Below, in pieces: positions 52,554-64,000 of a stretch of 64,000 nt of DNA (positions within the stretch are counted from its first letter, which is position 1; each line of letters starts with the position of its first letter). The notes beneath the pieces were generated by a model. That model made no database searches and had not been told where the DNA came from. It was given only the letters and a program-made list of their open reading frames with translations. Source of the stretch: Lytechinus pictus (taxonomy: Eukaryota); contig NC_087252.1 in NCBI RefSeq assembly GCF_037042905.1, forward strand, positions 24,616,001-24,680,000, given 5' to 3'. The position numbers and the translations under genes are program-made.

Positions 52554-55185
52554 GTGCCGTTTCCCGTAAAATGCAAGGATATGCATACGATAAAAGAGTC
52601 CTCGTAGAAAGAGTGAGAGAGAGAGGGGGGGATATGGAACTGAGAGATCATAATGAGATAAGAAAGAAGTAGTAGTGCATGGGCGGATCTATCGCCAATA
52701 GGGGGGGGGGTGCCAATTCGTCTACGGCCAACTTGTCCACTCACTACATGGTCTACTTTCATTTAGTCTTATGCCAATCTGTCCATCAACATTTCGTCTA
52801 ACAGCCACTGGTCCATTAACCATTTGGTCCAATCATCACTTTGTCTAATAACCATCTCGTCTATGACCATTTAGTCTCATAACCGGTTGGTCTAATACCC
52901 ATTTTATTTTCATTCATTCACAATAATACACTTATAGTCCAATTAGATGAAATGGTATATGGACCAAATGGCTTTTGGGTCCACTGGTCATTAGACGGAA
53001 TGGCATTAGACTAAATGAAGAAGAAAAAAGACTATGTGGTGAGTTGACGAACTGATGGACCAAACGATAGTAGACGAGTTGGCAATTAGACAAATTGGAA
53101 ATAAACCGGGGAAGGGGCCGAAAAATATTTGCACCCGTATTTTCCACAATCAGCCGCTCAAAGTTAATAGGGGTAGTCCTAACAGTCACTTCTTTATTCT
53201 CATTAAACAGCATACACAAAATACAATATACAATAATATCATAGCCCCTATAGTGCAAGTGCGAAGCGCGAGCTAAAATATTTTTGAAATTTCATGTTTT
53301 TTATCCTCAAAATTGAACATTCTGGGCAATGTTTGTGAACTTGAACAAGATGCGTATTTTACTAAAATTGCTGCGAGCGCGAAGGAGCAAAAAAAAAGTA
53401 AGTAAGAAAAGAGAGAAATATACGTTCTGGCCTGATCGAAAAGGGACTTGCTAATGGCGGTTTACAGTTAGCCAAGAAGACGATGCATATTTCAATCAAA
53501 ATAATGCGAGCGCAAAGCTCGAGCTAAAATGTTTGAAATTCTGACCATAAAAATGGACATTCCAAGCACTTTGTGTATGACTAACAGAACACAGTGGGAG
53601 CACGAAGCGTGAGCGGATAACAATTGAGATATATAGACCTAAAAGGAACACTATTTTATATTTATGTTTTCTAAATCGTGAAAAGGGTGGGTAATTGGTT
53701 ACCGTCTTACATTATTTTATAATGCAAGAGCGAGAAGAATTTTTTTTATATTCTAATCTGAAGCGAGATAATTTAAGCATGCTGTTTTCAATAAAGGATA
53801 AGCAGCCCGTCTCAATAAACATGCGTGTTCTAGAATTTGTGCATTCTTAATACACTTTTTACCACGGAAATCAATAATGCGAGCGCGAAGCGCGAACTGA
53901 TAATATTGGATATTCCGATGTGAAAAGGTCAAATTAAGCACAATATATAGGTGGTTTGAATAAAAATGAATAAAACGGCTATTTCGACTCTCCGTACGGC
54001 CGCCGCAGAGCAAATGTGACCGATCGAGGTATAAATCAAAAAGAATAATGAAAGTTCAATGTCCTAGCTGACCGTACAGTATTTGTTTTGTATTTTGACT
54101 GCAAAGCTTAAATGTCAAGCTCATATATATCAGCCTATTGAGCAATATGTACTCATCGAAAATAAGCAATGCGAGTGCGAAGCGCGAGCGAAAATTTAAA
54201 TTTTGCATGTTCTTTTAAATCATCAAAGTCTCCCCTCCCTAATTTTATTCACTTTTCTCCCTCCCTTTCCCCCTCTCTTTTCCTTCTGTTTCTTCTTCCT
54301 TTCTCCATTTTTTGGTCTTTAATCCGCCAACAGGGAAGGGGGGATGACCCCCCCCCCCCTGGATCCTTCTATGGTAGCGATGGGGAAAGCATTTGAATTA
54401 TTCACCTCACAGTGTTAAACGGGGAAAATAGGAAATGGCTAAATTTTGAAAATCATTAATGTGGAGCCCTATTCAAGTTTAGTTTCATCTATATACACCT
54501 TGACAGGGGCTGATCCAGGATTTTCCAAAGTGGGGGCATTCAAGACCTAGTATGCTAAGAAAAAATCATTCCATACACAAAATTCCTGGGAAAAGTTGAA
54601 AAATAAGTCCTCACTTGAGAATGAACGACAAAATCCACTAACAAATATTTGATATATTACGGGAGGGGGCACCTTTATTTTTCTCCCCTTTCCTTATTCC
54701 TCATCCATTCCATAGGCAGATCCAGGTGCCGGACCCAATTATGGGCGGCGGCAACCCCTCCTACTGGCGGTGCGAAAATTAAAAAGGTAAAAATTGTAGC
54801 CCCCCCCCCCCCATTAGCAAAATTTTGATCTACACCGGGTATTTGTCTGTCGTACCTCCCAGTAAATGAAAAAAAAAAAAAAAAAATCACCGTTGCACTA
54901 GTATTAAAATTTTTGCGAGTCTTTATTTTTCAAATATTTTTGTTTATAATGGTATTCATTAATTATAATTATAGTGGAGGTTCGCATCCCGAGAATGTGA
55001 AATGAAAAAAAGAAAACAAAAATTGCACTGAACAGGAAACACTAAACGTCCTTGTCAATTCCAATTTACTCAAAGTCATTCAAATAAAAAAAATAAGCAT
55101 CATTTTTTGATACCTTAACTTGTTCATCACGAATACAATGAAGCCGACAATTATTTGCTTTGTTTTGGATTAATCTTTATAATAA

Positions 55186-55890
55186 TTCACTTCAAATAAA
55201 ATTTATACATAAACAGGAAAATATCACAGAAAAAAAAATTAATTGCAGTTGTATAAAACATCATAGAAAATAACATGACAGATAAATTTTATCTCGACAG
55301 GCACACTGTTCATTCGATCATAAAACAATCGCGCTGTTTCACTCCTTGTACACGCACATCTCTACCAGTGTTGTTTCATCTTCATCTGCCTCAATGGCAA
55401 GGACACCAGCATGATTCATTCACTTCAAATAAAATTCATACATACATATACAGGAAATATCAAAGAAAATAATATAACAAATCAATTGCAGTTGCATAAA
55501 ACACGATAGAAAATAACATGGCAGATGAATTTTATCTCGACAGGCACACTGTTCATTCGATCATAAAACAATCGCGCTGTTTCACTCCTTGTACACGCAC
55601 AACTCTATCAGTGTTGTTTCATCTTCATCTGTCCTCAATGGCAAGGACACCAGCATAATTAATTCACTTCAAATAAAATTCATACATACATATACAGGAA
55701 ATATCAAAGAAAATAATATAACAAATCAATTGCAGTTGCATAAAACACGATAGAAAATAACATGGCAGATGAATTTTATCTCGACAGGCACACTGTTTCA
55801 TTCGATCATGAAACGATCGCGCTGTTTCACTCATTGTACACTCGCAACTCTATCTGAATTGTTTCATCTGTCCTCAATGCGGCAAACACC
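55186..55890. repeat. Three tandem ~235-245-bp units
   Basis: ATTCACTTCAAATAAAATT...TCTCGACAGGCACACTG occurs three times. Confidence 0.9.
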
Positions 55891-57134
55891 AGCAGTGCAG
55901 TGACGATAATAAGTTGCAGTTGCACGTGCGCGGAGAATGAATTAAATTCGGCGGCTGAGTAAAGTCTAGCGAGAAAGGTACGTCACCAGCGAACTTCACG
56001 ATAGACCACGCCTACTTGCCGAGGTAACCAACGTTGATTGACGGCCCATTTTGTTTTTTGAGTAGTATGAAAAAGTGCAAGCATGTATAAACTTCATTTT
56101 AGTTTGAATTCATTAAAAAAACACATTTTTCTTCTAATATAGATGTTTCAAACATATTCCATGTGGAAAACATAATTTTTAAAACATTTATTGCTATATT
56201 TTTATCATGAAAAAAGGATTTCTTACGCAACAACAAGTATGATATGTGTGGGCAAGAGAACTACCGTTTTAGTCATAAAGCATATTTTTTATGATTTTAT
56301 TGTGAGCCTACTCAAAGGATTTTTGTTTATTTTTATGAATTTCCAGACCAAGTTCAACAGCGCCGTCTCGAGCTTGCAATAACGCATGCGATCGCACGCA
56401 TTTTTCTCCATAGCGAATACACGCGACGAAACTCTGTGGATTTCTCGTGGATTTAACCTCCAAACGTCACTTTCGATACCACATGAAGGTAAGACACTTC
56501 ATCCCACATAAGTTAATTTAAATGTAGAATACACAGGGCCTAATTTGTTTCACTAAGATGAACTAATTTGCTGAGGAAAAGCATTTCAATGCTCATTTTT
56601 GCCGTCGAGAACAGACGATGGTGGCAATGCACACTGTTTACGCACTTGCAATTGGCTTTTCATTTGCCCATAGCAATTTTGCTCAGTGGATCGGCCGACC
56701 TTTTGGTAACTCTACTGAAATACTCTGCGATATTTCGTCCGCGCAGACGCCAGACGGATTAACTGGCCGGACGTTTTCCCCTCCGACACCCGCCCTCGGG
56801 CCAACCTAACCTGCCACTCCGAGTGACCGAGGGGAAACGGCGAAGCATTTATAAACATAAACCAAAGACATGAAACTGAAAGAAGTGGTAGCATTCTGCG
56901 CCCGCGCTCGAGTTCGCGCATCGGAAGGCGTAGCTAAAGCCTATGCCATGCCCATGGCTATGCAGTGCAGTGGAGGCAAGCGGGCCGCGGGGCGGCGCAG
57001 CGCCACGGAGCACTACGTCTACCGTACCCGCTACCAGTACCTACAACGACCACACTCACGGTACCGTACACTGTCACAAAACAGAACTACAACACGGATT
57101 TATGTTTTCACCTCATTATCAACATCAGACTCAC

Positions 57135-57272
57135 CTTTAAAGAAAATTTTTGCAGGATAAACACGAGACGATCTTGATGCTTCTTGCTGTATACGTGTTT
57201 TCTTCCCCGGATATCACTTTGGCGACAAATCGGACAGAAATAGAAGTCACTTTTACCTTCTACACCGGCCAT
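57135..57272 (-). CDS. CENATAC: CENATAC/CCDC84 homologue, coding exon 1 (MAGVEGKSDFYFCPICRQSDIRGRKHVYSKKHQDRLVFILQKFSLK)
   Basis: Start context AACATGG; resembles recalled human CPLCRQTFFCGRGHVYSRKHQ; AAG|GTGAGT donor, phase 0 matching exon 2; CpG-rich surroundings. Confidence 0.88.
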
Positions 57273-60200
57273 GTTGTTGAGCCATCGCAAACTAAGCGTA
57301 GTTAGACTGTGTTTCAAACAAAATCTTTTTTTCTGCCTGACAAATTAATATTAATTGAAGTTTGAAAATCTTAGAAAGGTTAAAAAGTCATTATAATCAA
57401 TTCCAAAAATCATATTGCTTATTTAAATTTCATTAACTGGCTTAAATATGATTATAACCAAAATCCACTGAATTGTATTTCATGACGTTCCCCCAAACAT
57501 GACCGGGGAATAAGACTATCCTGGACGCTTCGGGAGCTCGGAGCTAGAGAAAAGCCAAAGGACGTGCACGTTGGTCGTGGTGTGTTGGGTCGTGCCGACG
57601 ATCGTGATCCGTAAAAGTCAGGGGTTCGAAAACCGGGAGGCTCCTGAGACGGTTCCCTGAGCAAGGAATTTTATGTTGGGACGCTTTTTCATGTCTGTCT
57701 GAGAAAACACCAATATATCCCCAACCTCTACAAAGTAAATCCCAAAATAGGAAAATGTCGACCGTTTGGGGGATATAGCTATGAGGCCTATAGCACTGGC
57801 AAATCCATGGAGGGGGGCAAAATTGAAATTTGTAATTTGTAATTTGTAATGTAAAAATGGCGTTAAAACAAAAGTGTGCCCCCCCCCCCCCTTTGAAAGC
57901 GAAGACTTTTTTATTTTGCTGGTCAAACTTTTTCTATCTTTAATTTTGGGTGAAAAACCTTTCTTTTTTTTCTTTTTTGCTTTCCAAATTTTTCCTCGGA
58001 AGAATGTGCGCCCCCCTTTTTTTGAAAATCCTGGATCCGCCCCTGATATAATATAGCTTGTCATATAGGGACAATGATTTTCAGTTTTACCGGTAAACGG
58101 AAAATCCGTTTGGTTCTTTTACTCTTCATGCATAAAATCATGGAATTCACCTTCCAAAACGGAATTTCCATTTTTTAGATAATTAAAAGTTGAAACGGAA
58201 TAACAGATTTTCAGAAACGGAAAAGACAATTTTTTTAAACGTCCACTGTCTCTAGCCCCCCCCCCCCCATCTTTTTTGTGAGGAAGCTGCAAATGTTGAC
58301 CCACTCTACCTCTATAGTAGGTTTTTTGGGGGTGTGTCTAACGAATAGGTCCATATCGCACCCCCCCCCCCCCCCCCAAAAAAAAAAAAAAAGAATACAT
58401 AAATAAAAACGATGGGAAAAACACTGTGGCCCCGATTGCTTTCTTCCCTTAGATTTCTTTTTGCTACTCTTCTCCTCTTTATTTTCATTACTTGAAAAAA
58501 CTCATATAGAGGAGGGTCGCCACCTGCCCTGCAGCACCGGGTTCCTGCGATGATGCCTAAAAATAAAAAAGAAGATTTAGAAAGATAGGCCTATAACGAC
58601 TAACCATGCAGGAGTTACATAAAAAGTAGTGAGGGATAGATGTCAGAGAAAATTGTGCTATTTTCAGCAATTTTGTACTCGTTGGCAAGAAATGTAAAAA
58701 GTTATGTTATTCTCCTGATTTTTTTAAATCCTTTAGTCAGGGGCGGCGATCCTGGGGGCCGGGAGGGCACAGTGCCCCCATGCACTTTTTGAAGCACTGA
58801 AAAGTGCCCCCCCCTGGCCTCACGAATATGTATTGTACGTGCCCATTTCACTTGTCAATGAGGAGGATCCGTTTTAGGTGTGCAAGTGCCCTTTATCGTA
58901 TGAGTGCCAATTTTTTACAAAAATGCCCCCTCACGAATTATGTTCTGTGCCCATTTCACCGGAGAAGGACCCTTTTATGTGTGAGCAAGTGCCTCCCTTA
59001 TCTACTTGTAAGTGCCCATTCTCGAATTGGTGCCCCTTTTTTATCTATATAAGAAAAGTGCCCCTCACGAACGTGTTCTGTGCCCCTTTCATACCTGAGA
59101 AGGACCTGTTTTATGTTGTTAGCAAATACCCATTTGCCTATATACTTTTCATAATGTACGTGCCCTTTCTCGTATCAGTGCCCCTTTTTACCCAAGAAAA
59201 GTGCCCTTCACGAATGTGTTCTGTGCCTTTCACCTGAGAAGGACCCAACTGCGTATAGCCAGGATTTCATTTTGGAGGGGGCGGTAAATGCGTGCGAAGC
59301 GTGCCAACACATACAAAGAAGAATTGCAACATTGTCATTTAACCGCGCGAAGCTCGGAAGCAAAATTTATATACTAGTATGTAATTTAGAACGAGATTCT
59401 TTTGAGAAAAAATAAAAGAATAATTAAAACAGAAAACCACAAAGCTACCTTTCCTCCCTTCGCTTTTCCTTTCTCCTTTCTTTTCCCCCTTCTTTTTTTT
59501 CTTTTTGGGGACGTTTACTTGGAGGGCGACCGCCACTATAGGGTTATAGGACCCATTTTATGCCTATGTGTTACAGAGTGATCCTTTGAAACAAGAAAAC
59601 AATATTCTCATTACTTATGGAGGAAAAAACTTGTAAGAATAATCCTACGTGCCTTCAGGGGCATAACAGGGGTCGGTGGCCAGGGGGGCAAGAGCCAAAA
59701 ATTTCCCGGTCATATCATGGTATGAACAGGCATAATGGTGTAATGAGGCGAAAATTTTGAGAGGGCCAGATATTGCGTATCGGGCAGAATATATCTGCTT
59801 TTAAAAAGTTGCGAGAGAGCGGAGCGAGCAAAAATTTGACATTTTTTTTTACAAAAATTCGATTTTGTGATAGATTTTGACATGATATCCAGAGAATGAT
59901 ATATTTTACCCTTTTTTCTTTGCATTCCTTTTTTTTTTGGGGGGGGGTCTGTACGCCACTGTGAACAGGAATCTTTTTTATGATTGTGCGTTAAGCTCTA
60001 TGCGGCATGCAGTAGCGTGAAGAGTAAACAAAAAACGAGGGGCGCAGTATGCTGCTTGTGCTAAAAAGCTTTAAAAAAAAAGTCCCGAGCGAGCGAAGCA
60101 AGCGAGAACAAAATCACCTTTTCATGAGAATCTAACTTTGAGATATTTTTGACATTATATTCAGTAAATAAAATCATATCCTACACTTTTCCTTTGCTTT

Positions 60201-61750
60201 TCTTTTCTCTTTTTTGTTGTTCTTGGTTGTTGAACTTTTGTGGCCCGTGGCCCAACCCTTCCATAATCATATACGGCAGTGCTATGCGTGATGCGATCCG
60301 GGTGCATGGAGCCCCCGGAACTTCTTGATATCAAAGCAATTTTAAACCTCGCAGATTGCTGCTATTTTAATCAAATCGCGGGTATATACAGAATATAGCT
60401 TTTACACAACACATTTCTTCAACCCAGTTGCATAATGAACCAAATATTTTGAGGGGGCACAACATAGTAATGTGGGAAATTTTTAAAAATTCGCCAGCGA
60501 GCGAAGCGAGCTGGAAAAAAATTGCCTATTGAAATTAAATTCTCAATATGTGATAGATTTTCCATTATATTCATCAAATAACACATTTCATTGTTTCCAT
60601 TCATTTCATTACGTTGTCCCTTATAATTTATTTTATTTACCCGTGGGTATATAGAACCAAGACCCCCGCCTGTATGCCAGTGATTGAACGTAAAGCTTAA
60701 TGTATAGAAGGGTCCCTACAGGGGGGGTCGTAGCCATTTGAAGGTTATAGATGAAGAGCCCCGGCCGTACTGAGTGGGGTCTGGGGCAGAGCCCCGGGAG
60801 CTTATTTATTTGCATATATAATTTAGCAAGCTTATAACGCAATATTGTGTGCTGTTCATTTTTTTCCTGCTCTTTATTTTCAATCCTCGGCAGCCCGCTC
60901 GTGTTATTAAGTTCTTTTTTTCTTCTTGTCCCTTTTCTTCGTTTTCCAATTTAGCTTTTGGCTAATTCCATTCTACCTTCATTTCCCGTTATTGTTTGCA
61001 ATTTTGTCATCTTTTAATTTATTTCCCTTTCTTACTAATCATGCTATTGCATTACATAGGCCTATTTCGGAATGATTTATTCTTTCTCAAATGTTCTTCT
61101 TTCGTTCCTTTTCCCGCTTTCCTTCCTTTTCCATCAAAAAAAATATTTTTTCTTCGTTTTCTTTTCACTTTTCCCTTTCCCTTTCATTTTCCTCCTTTCC
61201 TTTTCCCCTTTCCTTCCCTTTACCTTTCTTTCTCCCTCCCTTTTCTCCTTTTCCCGTTTTTTTTTTCCCGGTAAAATCCGCCAGGGGGGCAGCTTGCCCC
61301 CCCCCACATTATTCACGCCCAAGAAAAAAAAAGAGAACAGGAAAGAGAGAAGGGTGAAATATGATTTATTTTCTGAATATTATGTCAAAATCTATTACAA
61401 AATGGGATTTTCGTAATAAAAATGTCAATAATTCTGCTCGGATACGACATTATCTAGCCCCCTTAAATATTATGGGTCATTACGCCACTGTAGATAGGAC
61501 CCCCCCCTTTGTTTTAAGATTAATTAAGGTGCCTTTTTTTCCCCTGTGCCCCCCCCCCCTCTTCAACTTCACTCCGCCGCCCCTTCCTTTAGTTCTTTTC
61601 TTTTATTCTCCTTGTAAATACGTTTTCTCCTATGCTCTATATATTTCATTTTTGCCCCCCCCCCCTCTTAGGTCTCCCTGATCGCCACTGGTAGCACAAA
61701 CTAAATAAATTAGGCTAGATTTATGCAATAGATTCGGTAGTTTAACACCC

Positions 61751-62738
61751 TTTTTGTCTCACCTGCATAGCAGAGTGAGACTATAGGCGCCGCTTTTCCG
61801 ACGGCGGCGGCGACGGCGACGGCGGCGGCGGCGGCGACGGCGGCGGCGGCGTCAACACCAAATCTTAACCTTAGGTTAAGTTTTTGAAATGACAGCATAA
61901 CTTAGAAAGTATATGGACCTAGTTCATGAAACTTGGCCATAAGGTTAATCAAGTATTACTGAACATCCTGCCTGAGTTTCATGTCACATGACCAAGGTCA
62001 AAGGTCATTTAGGGTCAATGAACTTAGACCATGTTGGAGGAATCAACATCAAAATCTTAACCTAAGGTTAAGTTTTTGAAATGTCATCATAACTTAGAAA
62101 ATATATGGACCTAGTTCATGAAACTTATACATAAGGTTAATCAAGTATCACTGAACATCCTGCATGAGTTTCACGTCACATGACCAAGGTCAAAGGTCAT
62201 TTAGGGTCAATGAACTTTGGCCGAATTGGGGGTATCTGTTGAATTACCATCATAACTTTGAAAGTTTATGGATCTGATTCATGAAACTTGGACATAATAG
62301 TAATCAAGTATTACTGAACATCCTGTGTAAGTTTCAGGTCACATGATCAAGGTCAAAGGTCATTTAGGGTCAATGAACTTTGGCCAAATTGGGGTATTTG
62401 TTGAATTACAGCCATAAATTTGAAAGTGTGTTGGTCTAGTTCATAAAACTTGGACATAATAGTAATCAAGTATCACTGAACATCCTGTGCGAGTTTCAGG
62501 TCACATGATCAAGGTCAAAGGTCATGTAAGGTCAAAGAACTTTTGCCACGTTGGGGGTATTTGTTGAATTGCCATCATATCTCTATAAGTGTATTGGTCT
62601 AGTTCATAAAACGTGGAAATAAGAGTAACCAAGTATCACTGAACATCTTGTGCGAGTTATAGTAGTTTTCAAAATCAGCACTGCTGCTATATTGAATCGC
62701 GTGATGCAGGTGAGACGGCCAGAGGCATTCCACTTGTT
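61751..62738 (+). mobile_element. Helentron-associated non-autonomous element (HINE/DINE-1/Tsp-like)
   Basis: T-rich insertion site, subterminal inverted repeat GTCTCACCTGCA / TGCAGGTGAGAC, (GGC)n microsatellite after the 5' end, internal ~160-190-bp tandem core repeats, CTTGTT 3' end. Confidence 0.8.
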
Positions 62739-63429
62739 AGATTTAAATCATGCTGGTGACAACTCCGCTATGCTGGGGGCAAGGTTATACGTGGGGTGGG
62801 GAAAATAGAAGAAAATGTGAAAAATAATGAATTTTCAAGCGTCTTTGGTTGTGCCGCATTGGAATAAAATAGTTACCATGGTAACTATTTTATATGTAAC
62901 AACCAAAGACGCTCAGGCTGATGCACATGTGACACTGCCAACGTCAAAACTTTGAAGGGGCGCAATTCCTCCCCAATAATTAAGCAGCGTCAGATTTCGA
63001 GGCACAGATTTGGCACTGGCTATCTGGCTCGATCTGGGCACAATTTCAATATGCTTTTCCAGGATATGACACTTTTCATTAAGTTTAGCACCCCAATCCT
63101 CTAAGGGATCTCCGATACCCAGTTTTTCAGATTTTCTTGGCAATATCACAGAATTGTTTTTGAGGAAGCAATATATGATTTTCACACTGGGGAGGGATCG
63201 TTATGCTTTTGAGTTGACCCCCCCCCCCCCCATTAACAAAGGGGCCGGGGGGGGGGTTCTCACTGAAAATAATCAACTATATATAGAAAATTTAAAAAAA
63301 ATTGAGGCCCGGGAAAAAGGACAAGAAATCGAATAAGAATACCACCAAATAATAATTATCATTATGACCCGGCTAAAGCCAGGGTAACAGCGCTTAGAAA
63401 CCGTAAGCGTTATATTAATGGTTCATATT

Positions 63430-63660
<231 letters not shown>

Positions 63661-64000
63661 ACTGTCAGTGACTGTACTAAAATTGCTAGTGATGTAGATA
63701 GTGGAAAATCCGAGTTTTGAAGCTGACACAGTATTAAAGTTCTATCACAATATTATATGTTGTATAAAGAACCATGTATTAAGGTTTTTCACACCATCAA
63801 GAACATCATAGCCATATAGCTGCATGGGGTATAGTTAGAAAACGGTTCTAAAACTCCTGTCTACTTCTTTAAAGAACCTTAAACGGTTCAAAGAACAAAA
63901 CCGGCCCTTTTATTAGGGTTTATAATCGGGCGGGGGGGGGGGGGGGCAGTCCGATATTGCTGTATACATGCGTGGCCTTAAGGACGTTCCACAGTTATAT

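Noticed and set aside
7410..57135. U12-type intron within CENATAC (autoregulation idea)
   Set aside because: All visible donors (GTGAGT, GTGAGC, GTCAGG, GTACGT) are U2-type; no RTATCCTT
57510..57680. Possible snRNA/U3-like gene (AAGACTAT start, AATTTTATG Sm-like site)
   Set aside because: U3 boxes and snRNA hallmark motifs not recognisable; would need a covariance-model search
58340..58354. ACGAATAGGTCCAT, a partial match to the 27-bp remnant
   Set aside because: Left half and TSD absent

Overview
Repeat-rich eukaryotic (animal) genomic DNA; the repeat content suggests an echinoderm/sea urchin (inference). The minus strand carries the first four coding exons of a CENATAC/CCDC84 (minor-spliceosome factor) homologue at 57135-57272, 9569-9732, 8627-8795 and 7410-7540, with matching splice phases; the gene continues beyond position 1. 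Its apparent ~47 kb first intron holds a second, same-strand gene with two coding exons (27867-27954 and 22709-26109; ~1162 aa, mostly acidic/low-complexity, ending in a Spindlin-type Tudor-like domain). The rest is transposable elements: a Ty3/Gypsy (Mag/SURL-like) element with intact pol and a 120-bp LTR, a truncated CR1-type LINE, two tRNA-derived SINEs, a Helentron-like element, a foldback element and many MITEs. The most striking signal is a P-element-like family (CATGG termini, 7-bp TSD) seen as an 848-bp element, as two 27-bp palindromic remnants that resemble P-type excision footprints, and as a matching empty site. TACATGTA and TAGGCCTA footprint-like octamers are split between the two halves of the window. 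Counts and alignments were done by eye; no database searches were run.
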